A DNA stretch of 63,996 bases, the filler included, from Basidiobolus ranarum (lineage: Eukaryota), in assembly GCA_040143965.1 (NCBI GenBank). It is 3 parts of 3 records of this genome, joined end to end, with 100 filler letters (N's around TTAATTAATTAA, not from the genome) between each part and the next. Parts side by side here need not be neighbours in the genome. Positions count along the whole stretch, not along the records: positions 23,047 to 45,916 come from JASJQH010007052.1; positions 46,017 to 63,996 come from JASJQH010007161.1; 1 more part is not named here. One strand, written 5' to 3'. Positions 36,054-48,987 of the stretch are shown piece by piece; position 1 is the stretch's first letter; every line of letters starts with the position of its first letter. The notes under the pieces are model-generated. The model was not told the DNA's origin, searched no databases, and worked only from the letters and a program-made list of their open reading frames with translations. The position numbers and the translations under genes are program-made.

Positions 36054-37959
36054 ACGATTATTCCAGCCTTTTCGATAATATCTTTGGTAAAAATCCAAAG
36101 GTTCTTTAGTATCAAGTACCTCTTATTGAATTTTTTAAGTATGATTAACATCGGAAGTAGTCAATAAACTTAATACATATGTTTTATCCTTGAATATCCT
36201 CTTTATTGTTCGGTTTTTCCCCTCAAGAAGTCTCACAGCTAAAGCACAAGTGTTGTCATTATGACATCAAAAGCTTCCAATAATACCAATTATATTATTT
36301 TTCCCATAATGGAAAATGGGGTACAGCGACAAAATGAATGAGACTGGATCAGGTGCAATTCCGGATATCAACTAAGGCTATGTTGAAGATAGTTTTATTG
36401 ATATTTATTTATATGGAAGTCAATATAAAGACGTACTCGATAGATTTTGGTCTCAATAAAACTCACACCGTAAGAGCAACCATAACTATATAAATAAATG
36501 AGCATTTCCACAACAAGATTGTAACCTTATGTCAAAATAATTTTGAAGCAAAAGTTTAAAGAACTATAGCCTTCTTCGCAGTAGTGGGCCTTTGCTCCAA
36601 CCAAGTGATCCATTCTACCAACTGCAATAGGAAAATCGAGGATGAACATTATGGGTATTTCTATAAAGTTGTCTAAAGTGGATAAATAGATCTTAAAGCT
36701 GCATATGTAGAGTAGGAGAGGTTACGCTTGCATCTTTCCGGCACTTCGTGAATGGCTTGCTTCTATATCACATACTATATCTGGCAGCATCTGAGCACAG
36801 GTAATTAGTATTGAATGCTTCTAGTATAAGTTGTCCTCTCGGTGCCTTTAATCCAAAGACTCATTTGGGATACTTTTGAGCTGTAAAGGAGTGTAAATGC
36901 TGCTTTATAATGGCGTTTATGATTGTGTTGTTTAAAGCTCAAAATCACCCTTTCAAGTGCGAAGAGACGATGATAGTTTGCCTAGTATATACCTCAAATC
37001 TCCAACTATCGAACTCAATTCCATAGACCTTTCCAGTCCATAATTAATATACAATATTTCTCTATCAAATTGGTTATACCATGTGACAATGAGGGTGACA
37101 TTACTATACATATATTAAAAACACAGCTTTTGGATTCAATACACAAGAATTCATTGAGCCAATTATGGAATCCTTTCTGCTGCTTATTGAATCAAAAGTG
37201 AGATGATCCCCATACACACACCATTATATGTCTACGACAGTGGCTAATACAAAGCCTGTGTATGATGTGAACAGCTTTGGTTTCAAACCACCATTTCATT
37301 GGATCTGAGAACTGGATCTTATACACTGACCATGAAGTCACTTCATTTTTGGGAAGAATCAAATCCTATGCCTGAATATGACTTGCCCTCGATCTCTTGA
37401 AATCAAGATATCTAAATCCTAAGAGTTCGATCCAGCTCCGAATAATCAGTACAGATCAAGGATCCAGATCGGAGCCCCAGTTTAAGCCTTTAATTGGTGG
37501 CGAATGTCGAGCACTATAGTATGCTAGACCACTTGGCTGGAGATGTAGTTTGATATTCAAGTATATTAGGCAAGAGCTGAATGGTTTTATTGTCTCCGAG
37601 TTTCATCGCTGTATATATCCGTACTCATCTCCCCATGAGTGAGGATCATGTTCATATGTATGCTCTACTTCAATTTAAAGTGCCCAAGTTATTATGAGCC
37701 GATTCACTTTCTCAGTTACCCTATAATAGGAAGGACGCGCAGACTTCCATGGTGCTCGTTACTGCGCAACAGAACGTATAAAAGTCCCAAAGAAAGAGAA
37801 AACTGATGGTCAGTGTTCAAAAAATTATTCATCTCTCGCTTTTCTGCCTCCTCTACTGATTCTCTGATCGCTTTTTACTCGCTGATTCTCACCATTCATC
37901 GTGCGCTTTTTTTTATATATTCTATTAATCACAATATTAGATTCTTTGGCAAGTGACAC

Positions 37960-40800
37960 ATGCTCAGTACGCAGTATATAAAGCAGAGCCCTATCAACGT
38001 TTTGGGGATGGAAGATAGTCAACACATCCTCATGAATAATGGTCCAAACCTCTCATTATTCCCAGACTACGTTTCCTCTCCAATACCTTATTTATCTGGT
38101 AAACATACCTCGTATTTTCTACTTTATTGGGATCAGTTCAGTATTACATATTGAATTGTCAGTTTCTAACTAGACTTTCTTCCACAAGACATGACTAATA
38201 CACCGAAATACAATGAGGGATTTGACCAGAATAACCATGGTTCAAACATAATCCCGCCGAAGCAGGATGATTCTTCGCAATATCGTGGTGTATATTCTAG
38301 CTCTGGCATAGATATGATAACAGTTCTGGTAAGTCTTCTCAGAAATCGGTACATGTTGAAGCTCTAGCTGATTTTGGCAACTTTATTATTATTAATGACT
38401 TTAGTTAAAAGTAGCTACAAGGTGAGTTTTTCTCCAGTACTTTTCTTCATAGGAGTTTCGTTCAATAATGATTTCCTGTGTAAATAGACCGAACCCTCAA
38501 ATTAATCTTGGACCAGTCGACATGAGTGCTTCCTTTGTTGTAGGTAAGCTATATTCATGCCATATCCCCTTATTTTACTGTCTTGGCTTTTTTGATCGAT
38601 GTATTAATGGGGAAGCAACTTCTCCATGCCCCCAATCCGTTATAGCCTCCCTTCTTTTCCTGCAGAAAAATGGGGATGGTTTCACATTGACTGCGACATC
38701 ATAGATTAGGAAACATAAAGCATTCCCCTGAATCAATGCACAGATTATTAACTGAGAAATTCATCTAGTGAATGCCTTAGCTGACGATCTACCAATCGTC
38801 TACGCAAGTGAGTCATTTGAAACATTAACCGGATATTCGACTCAAGAGGTGCTGGGACGAAACAGTCGATTCTTACAGGCACCCGAAGGCCATGTAACCG
38901 TAGGATCACGTCGTAGATACACCGACAACAATGCAGTTTACAACCTCAAAACTCATATTATCCAGAAAAAAGAAATCCAAGTATCACTGGTGAATTACAA
39001 AAAATCTGGCGAGGTAAATTATCTTAACTACACAATAGGAGAACATCTGGCAGCTGTAGATCCGTTTATTCATGAATTCATTCTTGACAGGCTTTCGTGA
39101 ACCTGGTAACTGTCATTCCGATTTCAATGCACGGTGGAGAGATTACTCATTATGTTGGATTTCAAGTGGTTGGTTGCTAAACTGAAATAGGAAATCGATT
39201 CGTTAGTGACTCATTCAGGGTTTTTTAGGATTTTGTTGAAAGGCCAAAAGAAATTCGCCAAAAAGTCCAAGGTTTGCTAGGTTTAATTTTACCATTCGTA
39301 GTATCTCTACTAACTGAAGAACCTTCCACTCCCATAGAGGGTGCATATGTCCAGAATGAAGCCCTCTCGCTAATTGCACCGTTGTTGGATTCCGGTTTGT
39401 ACATATGTTGTATCATTGCTGATAGAATACCGAAACTGATGTATGTTCGCACCTAGACCTAGCACAAATCGAGCCTGAAGAACTATGTGAGGTTGCTCTG
39501 CCTTCCTTACCACTTTCTCAGATGTCAGAGGAATTCTACGGACTGATAGGTGCCACAAGCGATGTGGACAGAGATGAGTGCGCTCAGGTCTGGAATAAAA
39601 TGTTAATTGATGAGGCTGACGATTTCATTCATGTGTTATCTCTGAAAGGCGTATTTTGCTACGCATCTACATCATGCAGAAAATTGTTGGAGTATGAGCC
39701 TGAGGAACTTGTCGGTCAGTCAATATCCAAAATATGCGAGCCCAGTGATCTAAATCCTGTAATGCGTGAGATTAAAGAGACAAGTAACGATAGTGACACA
39801 GTTACACTATTATACCGGGCCAAGCGGAAGTATTCCGGGTATATGTGGATTGAAGCGACTGGTAAACTATTTTCGGAACGAGGAAAAAGCAGAAAATATA
39901 TCATTCTTTCTGGGCGTCCGCGACCTGTTTATAAACTATCACGAGGAATCATTAGTCGTAGTAGCGGTGGAGTAAATGACATGGATATGTGGACGAAGTT
40001 GTCTACTGAGGGAATGATTCTGCATATTGCCAGTCGATGCGAAAGCTTATTGGAATTTACCCCCTCCGACTTGGAACAAACAAACTTTGCCTTCCTATTT
40101 CCCCAAGAGCATATTTCAGGATTGAATGAATCACTTAAAAATGTACAAAGCGGGACTACAGTCAAACTTCATCATAAAGCAAGAACGAAGCAGGGCCAAT
40201 TCATCAATGTAACCAGTGTATTTTACCCAGGAAATACCGAGTATCAAGGGAAAGTCGCATTTGTTCTTTGTCAGACGCGTGTGATGCAATCGGAGTTAAT
40301 ACAGGATGTTGAGTTGGATGCATACGAAGCTTCCCCAATGCCGCAAACTGACGAAATCTCAACGGATATTGATAATTTATTTGACATATTAAGCGAGATT
40401 CATCCAACAAATTGGCAGTATGAAATGCACTTATTGAAATTGGCAAATAGAAAGCTGAAGGAAGATATAAAGAAATTGCAGGAGCATAATCACTCTATAA
40501 CTACGAAAAAGAAGGTATGTATTATTTATACACTGGCGGTAATATATCAGAGTTCCTAACTTTTAGTCCAGAAAAAGAGATCGGCGACAATAGATAAATG
40601 CTGCACAAGTTGCAAGCGTACTGATTCTCCTGAATGGCGGAAAGGTCCTGAAGGTCCCGGAACTCTTTGTAATTCTTGTGGTCTGAGTAAGTTGAATCCA
40701 ATTGTCGATTTAATAGAATCTGTTGCTAAATTATGTTGTGCTTGTAGAATGGTCAAAAATGATACGCAAATCATCACAGTTGAAGCCAGAACTTAATTAA
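37960..40800 (+). CDS. wc-1: White collar-1 family photoreceptor/GATA transcription factor (LOV-PAS-PAS-GATA), multi-exon; LOV Cys replaced by Ser
   Basis: [89 protein letters not shown]...[21 protein letters not shown] (PAS-B); [45 protein letters not shown] (GATA). Confidence 0.93.
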
Positions 40801-41795
40801 TATATTGATGAAGCACTTTGTTCCTATTTCTTGAAGATTGTAACTGCCCTTTTGGCATATAATTACCATCTTTTGGCGTAAGGCAGCTTCCTAAATCTAA
40901 TCTCATGGGATGCTATTCAAGAAATAGTTTATCCCTTTCTCTTGCTCATATTGGCAACATCTAGTCCCAGTATCTCGTGCCTTATATAGCCAGGCCTTGC
41001 CACGGGCAATTTAAAGTAATTTGTATATAGAACAATGATCCCTGTGATATTAAGTAAACCGTGCCGCCGACGAGAAGCAGCTCTAGTTAGCATCAGGTTC
41101 AAGTATCAATAATGAGTATCTTGGAATCCCTGTCGCTCTTCAGTATATATAAATACTTTTGATTTGATGATCTGAAATGATGCCATGAAAATAAATCGAC
41201 AAATGCTACAAAATTGAATCAATCTAACTCTAAGAATCCGAACCCATTGAAATCATTTCTTGGCACGCGTGAACCTATGTAATCCTAAATGTGTTAAAAC
41301 CCAGGCCATAGAAGTGGAAAAGATTCTAATTGCTCAAGGTTTCAAGATAATCCATCTTTGCTAAATATGTTTTTTGAATGTATTTCAACCGCTTAAGCAA
41401 TTTTAAGCAATTGATAGTAGATTAAATCACTCTTTGATATTCTATTGGCATTCTCTAAGAGGGTTTATTTTGTATTTAGCAGCAATCCACGCTTTTGCAT
41501 ATTCATGGCAATACGATTATCCAGTGTTAATATTGGGTAAGAGAATAAATGATCGATATGTATTGTTCATCTTCGATTATAGCAAAGATTTTCTATATTT
41601 ACTAGTCTTGAGTATCTCACCGGTTAAGGAAGGAAACTACTGTTGCTTCCACACTCTATTCTCCAGCTACTTACTATCTCACTATCTCATTTTGATAGTT
41701 ACTCACCTCCAATTTTTTGACCACTCAAGACTCTGCATCATAACCATCTTGGCCCACCATGACTCAGATTATTTCAATATAGAGACTCTACTAAC

Positions 41796-42174
41796 TGTTG
41801 AAATTAACATAGCCTAAACATCTTAGGATTAGTTTATATGACTATTTAGTTGAGGGAGAGGGTTGAAATTAACATAACCTAAACATCTATACAGTTATAT
41901 ATAGTATTAGTTTCACTAAGATATCACCCACTATTCTCAAGAGGAATTTTCTTTGAAGTTTGAGGATATATAGATTTTTTAAACTTGTCCTAGAAGCCCC
42001 AAACCTTGCACACATGTTCCTGGGACCTTCCTTAACACATTCTACACGTTTATTTATTTACATCTTGACAAAACTATAAATGTCAGCTTTCTACTTAATA
42101 AATCAATAGGTGAAAACCATCAATTCTTCTAGTTCTTCCAACCACTTCCAAAAAACTCCCAAAATACTTCAGCA
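41796..42174 (-). mobile_element. Older, diverged copy of the TG...CA dispersed repeat (solo-LTR-like, about 380 bp)
   Basis: Similar along its length to 46335-46680. Minus-strand termini are TGCTGAAG...TTTCAACA. Flanks CTAAC / CTATT match only partially as a TSD. Confidence 0.65.
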
Positions 42175-43229
42175 CTATTAAGTAGCAATACCATTTCGTG
42201 GTACTCGAAAACAAACACCAGGATGAGCTTTATTGGCTTTACGTCCAGTTGTAAAACAATTCGAAACCTTGATCAAAATCATGGAGATATCCCTGGCATT
42301 TAGTATATCTTTAGCATATCAATATATGAAGAACTCTTCCAATGGTGGGATATGGTTGTCGGTGATAATCTTTGTACTACAAAGTATATGCCAAGTTGCT
42401 CATTATTTGTTAAAAGTATTGGTGACATAGAGCCGAGTCATCATTTTCTATTAGCATACGACTGAAGCAAAACACTGTCTATGATATGGCTCAATACAAA
42501 ATTCACGATTAATAACAACTTGCCTTTGTTAATAATAATCTATATCTAAATGATAATTACCATATTTGTAACACTTACGTCATTGCGTACATGATTTGCT
42601 TCAATATTACTGGAATATGAACTGTACAGAATTTGATAGTCTCAGTCGGCGTTCTTCTTACTTGTGCACTGATTGGTTTATTCGCAATAGACAATGTTAC
42701 TCATAAAGAATACTGGCAGAGCCAGTACTAAAAATACACTTCCGAGACTGGTGTTCCTTTGGGACAAAAAGGAAATAATCGCTATGAGAAGTGGGCTGCT
42801 TTAGCGAATACATTCTAACTAAGAATTCAAATCTGATCAATAACTCAATCATACTAACTTGATGTATCGATTGTGTGGCCACAGTTATCTTTTCTGTTTC
42901 GACTTAAACCCTCTCAGATATATTTTAATTCCTCTTACCTCCAAATGTTCAGCCTCTTACTCATATTTGACCACTTTTATTGCACCTTGGCGCCTATTTC
43001 ACCCCTGATTCTACAAATAGTGACACGAGAAGAGACACTCATCGCCTGAGACAATATTGTACACTTCAACTTACAAAGGGTAGTGAAAGGGTAAAGTATG
43101 CTTTATTCAAATCCAGGTATTTGCATATTTGAAAGTTTCAGTATTTTAGATAAAGATGTAATTACTAAGGAGTAACCACATAGATATAATCCAATATAGA
43201 CCTGAAAGGCATCATGTAGGGGTCCCTGT

Positions 43230-44216
43230 TCAAGGCAAAGACTCGGTTTCGATAGAATGGCCAATATACCCTTCGGCGCGTACATAACGCTTGGCTGATT
43301 TCAACACTATCTCTTTGCCATTCTTGAATATGCTTTGGCCTAACCAGCCACCATATATTTCTTCAAAGTCAAGTGGCTTAACGGAGCGCCAAATCTGAGC
43401 AATCGCTTCTGGTTCCATAGGAATAAGATTTGGATAGGCACGCATGAAACTCACAAAATCACGATCTGGAATAACCTGAATGGTATCACCAGTAAACAAT
43501 TCTAAGATGAAACAGAACAAAGGTTAGTGATTATGACAATGAGACCACCTAAATTGTACCAGAGATGTGATTGACATTACTTTTCCCCCACTGCAGTACA
43601 CATGATCCATCAAAATGCCCTCCACAACGAACTATCTTCAATTCGCCATCCAAGATATCCAAAGTCTCACCATCCCAAACGTTTAGACATTCATGTGGAT
43701 TCATAATCCATTCTTCATCGGCTTTATGAATATACACAGGAATGCCTCCGAAGGTCTTACTCCATTCTACCATACTGAAGAAAGGTGTTAGCGAGGAAAT
43801 CTATCATCTATCTGAACATACAAGAGTCACCTATTGTAAAAATGGGGATGCGAGATAATAATTGCCTTCAAGCCACCTAATTTGTTGATGTTGACTCGAG
43901 TCTCTTCATCAATCAGTGTTATGCAATCCCACATGACATTTCCCTTGGGCGTCTGGATTACAATTCCACGTTGCCCAATGGCAAAAGGTGGCTTGCTTAC
44001 AACACTGTGAAGCCTCGGGTCATTCTCGAAGGGAATGACTTCATTACGATGGTTCTTTCGCACCTGGTCAAGAGTTGTCCATGCTTGACCTGTGGGTGGG
44101 ACTGCGGCTCTTTCATCAAGGCAAATTAGACACTCTTCTTGAGTAGCGGATGGGTATTGAGTCCCACAAGTTGCGCACATTCGTGGTAAAGAGTCACTAT
44201 TTAGGTTGTTCATCAT
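43230..44216 (-). CDS. Metallo-beta-lactamase-fold hydrolase with N-terminal CxxC...CxxC module, 3 exons
   Basis: CATCGTQY...CLICLDER; PFAIGQRG; NVMWDC; GGLKAIIISHPHFY; VYIHKADEEW; CGGHFDGS; LFTGDTIQV; FMRAYPNLIP. Confidence 0.88.
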
Positions 44217-45916
44217 CTTTTCTGGATTCTGAGTTTCATAACATACAAATCTTCCAGCCATTTATATTGACATGGAATTTTTCTCTTTCACCAAGTGGGC
44301 CATGTTCCACAGTGTAAATTACTAATCATCCAGGTATGATCTATCTTCTATCGAGATTTAGTGAAACATCAACTTCTTTCGGTCAATTTTGATTAGCAAC
44401 CTAAACTCCAAATGTGACATCAGCTGAGACTAGAGACCTGAAATCCTGATGGGAGCTATGGCTATTACTAATGCCACGGAATATATAGCTGAGTTTTTTG
44501 TTTGGCCACGTTGATGATATTGAGGAGTCCATTAATGTGTCTTCATGGATTTGAGATGCTCAGAAGGACAAACGGATACTCGCTGGTTGGAGAGAAGGTG
44601 GGTTTCATTGCGTCATATTCCTAATGCACTCTAATTATCATCTCAAACCTGTTTTTATTCCATCTGCTCCTAAACACAGCTCTCTATGGAGTAGCAGAGT
44701 TTGCTTGGAAATCACCATGAGCTTACTTAATACTAAATTATAATGTTTGTAGGGTGGGAAAATTGTCGAACTTAGAAGCCTCATAGGCCAATTGAAGGCT
44801 CAAGCGAGCATCATTAATAAATGAATGAAACACTACATTGCTCTATTGAATAGAATGTTTAACTCAAGTTGGTCGTCAGTATACATGGCGAACACACCGA
44901 CCCTCGGTTCACAATTTGTTTTCGCATTTCACCCTCCCAATGAAAATCATTGCCTCTACAGTATGTGATTGTGTGTATAATTCGTTTCAACATCACTTGG
45001 TTATTCACCCATTGGCTCATTAGCTAACCGAGGTTTATCACTCAGTGGAAAGTAAGGCTGCAATCCCATTTGATGGTTGTGTTACTATCCTCAAAGCTCC
45101 AACTTCAATTTTCAAAAAGATACTGACAGATTCTAAAGTGGATCAAAGATAAGGCTGTGGCCAAACAGTAGATTAGATGTAAAATAGTATTTATTATGCA
45201 TATCTATATTGTACTAGTCTGTTTGAGGCACCCCATTAAGCTCGATAATCTCATCCAATGGTATCGGTATCCCGTGAAACAATCTCCTTCGAGTGTTGAG
45301 GCCATATGCTAGGTAACCAGCCCGGACAGGTATTTGGAGGTATCTTAGAGATGCCATATTAAATCCCTTTACGTTTATTGACCGAAATTCATAACATTTC
45401 AAGTGGTGTTATTGATGTAGAGGCATTACTAATTAACAATCTTGACTCATTGTCATAAAAACCGATCATATTGACTACCACACAAGCAATAGATCCAAGG
45501 AGATCCTTTCTCTAATCCCATACAAGCGCCCTTATTGTGACAGATGGTGACTGTACAGCCATTCAAGCATTCTCAGGCAACACGATGGCCATACATATCA
45601 GAGATACAAATCCTTAATTTTGTCCTAGACATCTTTATTCTAAAATAAACTGGGTAAAATGAGGACTATAACATGGGTAATTTGACAATAGAAAAGGAAA
45701 ATATTCATGGATAATTGGATAGTAGCGCAAAGATCATTGAAAACCCCGAGATTCAGGTCAATGCTTCGTTGAAAGAAAAATATTTCGATAACGTAACCAG
45801 TGGATTATAAAGTTACGTAAAGAGAGTATACATAATAGTTGTAATGGTAAGAAATTAACTGGTGCCTTGTATTATTCGTTCTTATTGTAGGTAAGATCTT
45901 GCTTCGCGAAATTAAG

Positions 45917-46016
45917 NNNNNNNNNNNNNNNNNNNNNNNNNNNNNNNNNNNNNNNNNNNNTTAATTAATTAANNNNNNNNNNNNNNNNNNNNNNNNNNNN
46001 NNNNNNNNNNNNNNNN
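45917..46016. other. Artificial assembly spacer (N44-TTAATTAATTAA-N44)
   Basis: Identical structure to 22947-23046. Confidence 0.97.
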
Positions 46017-46680
46017 TGGTTGTTTTCACTTATTGAGTTGACATTTATAGTTTTGTCAGGATGTAAGCAAACTAACATGTAGAATAGGTTAAGAAAGGTC
46101 CCAGGAGCATATGTGCAAAGTTTGGGGCTTCTAGTGCAAGTTTGAAAATCTATATATCTCAGAACTTGTAAGTAAATTCCTCATGAGAATAATGGATAAT
46201 ATCTTAGTGAAATATAAGATAACTAAGTACTAAGCTATATATGACTATATAGGTGTTTAGGCAATGCTGATTTCAACAATATTAATAAAACTATTAGCTA
46301 GAGAGAAATATGAGAAATTTAGACCTTCCTTGGGATTAGTTTATAAGACTATTTAGTTGAGGGAGAGGGTTGAAATTAGCATTGCCTAAACATCTATATA
46401 GTCATATATAGCTTAGTAATTAGTTATCTTATATTTCACTAAGATATTATCCATTATTATCAATTGGAATTTACTTACAAGTTCTGAGATATATAGATTT
46501 TCAAACTTGCACTAGAAGCCCCAAACTTTGCACATATGCTCCTGGGACCTTCCTTAAAACATTCTGCACATTAGTTTGTTTAGATCTTGACAAAACTATA
46601 AATGTCAACTCAATAAGTGAAAACCACCAATTTCTCTAATTCTCCAAACCACTTCCAACAGGCTCCCAAATACTTTAACA
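46017..46680. mobile_element. Fold-back structure: two inverted copies of the TG...CA repeat (arms 46017-46278 and 46369-46680)
   Basis: The left arm (e.g. AGGTCCCAGGAGCATATGTGCAAAGTTTGGGGCTTCTAGTGCAAG) is the reverse complement of the right arm (CTTGCACTAGAAGCCCCAAACTTTGCACATATGCTCCTGGGACCT). The spacer is about 90 bp and no coding capacity is seen. Confidence 0.8.
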
Positions 46681-47378
46681 GGATTAGCCCTTGTTTATCA
46701 CTGACTTACATTTTTGCTTTGAAGTAGAGTAACTACTGCTGACTTACTGTTGAATTCCTTATATAAGTTCAGCTGGGTACTTGGTCTTCATATATGGCTG
46801 GGAGAAAAATGGATATTAGGCTGATTGCATGGTTACTATTTATTAATAGAACATTGAATATGTCCCCTGCAATAAATATCTTAAACATGATATGAATGAT
46901 TGTAGCGCACCTATAGCATGTACTGAGTGGCATATGACTAAATCTGACCTTAAACCAGCTTGGTCTCTAGGTACAGAGAAGCATACTATCATAACCCTAC
47001 TCCTAGTACTATTACCACACTCTGTCTTCATTCATATGATGATACGTGCATCCAAAGAACTGCTCAGTTGGAGTGTGCTTGTATCCATGCAAATCACCTC
47101 ATATTATTTTGTATTATTTATCGGGACTTATATACCTCGATAGCCCAGTCAATACAAACCAAGAACTTTGAAGATTGACTACCATCATGACCCCCAGAAA
47201 TAGCAAATAGCGCCCCTCTGCTTGCGATGCATATCTATCAAGCACCTTGAACCCTAACCCTTGACATTTGTATACAGTGAGGCTGGATAAATATTATATA
47301 TATTGAAACCTAACCATTTTTATCAACTTTACTCTGAATTTTAAAAACCCCTAACTTGTCATTATCTTTACTACACAT

Positions 47379-48294
47379 ATGTCGTCGCCAAGAAGACGCA
47401 TTGAAACAGATGTGATGAAACTGTAGGTGTATTTTTAGAGATATAAAGTAAATGCATCATTGTAGTAAAGCCCGCTGCTGATTTATACTAACTTTTTAAA
47501 CGGATATATTAGACTTATGAGTGATTATGAGGTTACTTTGGTGGATGATAACATGCAGGAATTTTATGTCAGGTTTCACGGACCTGAAGATAGTAAGCAT
47601 TCACCTTGTTATCAGACCATCGTTTCTAGTATTCACAACTTAGTACTTGAACCATTTTTCTAGCGCCTTTTGCTGGTGGTGTATGGAAAATCCACGTAGA
47701 ATTACCCGATCAATATCCCTACAAGTCACCCTCTATTGGGTTCCGGAATAAGATCTTTCATCCCAACATTGATGAACTGTAAATATGTTATAGTCAATAT
47801 ATGCAGTACGAAAAAGTCTCTAAAATAACGAACAATTGAAATTTCATTCCAGAAGTGGTTCAGTCTGTTTGGACGTTATCAATCAAACCTGGAGTCCTAT
47901 GTTTGGTTAGAAGTTACTTTGATATTGACGTGGTTATTGTTAGTGTTAACCAAGATTTCTTATTTATCGTTTAGATATGATTAATATATTTGAAGTATTT
48001 CTTCCTCAACTTTTGAGATATCCAAACCCCACGGATCCGTTAAACGGGGAAGCTGCAGCACTGTTGATGCGTGAACCAACGAATTACGAAAACAAAGTTA
48101 AAGGAAAGGATTTTCCCCATTTCAAGTGTTGATTTTTGCTGTTAAGTTTTGTTTAATAACTTTGAAATATAGATTATGTGAAGCTTTACGCAACCAAGGA
48201 AGCAGCCGATGCACTTGACGATGGTTCTTCGGATGAAGATATGAGCTCTATTGGATCTTTTTCGGAAGAAGAAGCGGCAGATATGGAATTATGA
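47379..48294 (+). CDS. UBC8: Ubiquitin-conjugating enzyme E2 H (Ubc8), 6 exons
   Basis: [90 protein letters not shown]; acidic tail. Confidence 0.95.
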
Positions 48295-48987
48295 AATGAT
48301 TGCAACCAAATTAATATAAAGTGAAGGGATTATGGAAGTTTCTTACTGTATGTTCAATCATTCATATACAGTATAATTAAAATATTCTTTACCAGCGTAT
48401 TCAACTTGCCACCCTGTGTTGATTGGAGCAATTCTGAGCATTCCTAGATAATTTAATCTCACTTATCTTTCTCCCAAATTGATGCATGTGGATGATGCAT
48501 GCCTCCCTGATCACTGCTTTTCCTTATCAAGGATGATCATCTCGGCTAAAAGGATAAACCAGGAAATGGTGATCAGATGCATCCAGATCAATAATCGTCA
48601 GATGAATTCAATTTTATTTCCTTTATCTATGTTTTATATAAGAGTATACAAGAAAATGGGTCAAAATTGGAGATGTAACCTATACATCCAGTAAAAAAGC
48701 TACATATGTGTAAGTGAAAAAAGGACTAGGACATGAACGATAGAGAGGAATGGGTATCATGATATCTAAAGTGGAAATTAGTGGGTAACCATTGTGTTGA
48801 TGTTGAATTCTAATAGTGAAACGTATGCCATAAAGTGTAATAGAAAAGAGGAAGTAAATAAACTTCTAGTGTTAAACTGTTTGGGAGTTCGTCTTTTTTT
48901 CAAATGTTTTCGATACTTCTATTGAGACCTACTAGGAAGTTAATTGTTAAAGCGAGTTCCGGTGTAGAGTCAGAAAATATTTGAACT

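Noticed and set aside
36990-37420. Possible small gene or uORF upstream of wc-1
   Set aside because: Only short frames with early stops and no homology recognised.
41434-41817. 127-aa hydrophobic ORF
   Set aside because: Starts at TTG, has AT-rich random composition, and runs into the repeat element.
44850-45600. Stop-interrupted plus-strand reading frame that may be a pseudogene
   Set aside because: No family could be recognised by eye; it would need BLASTx.
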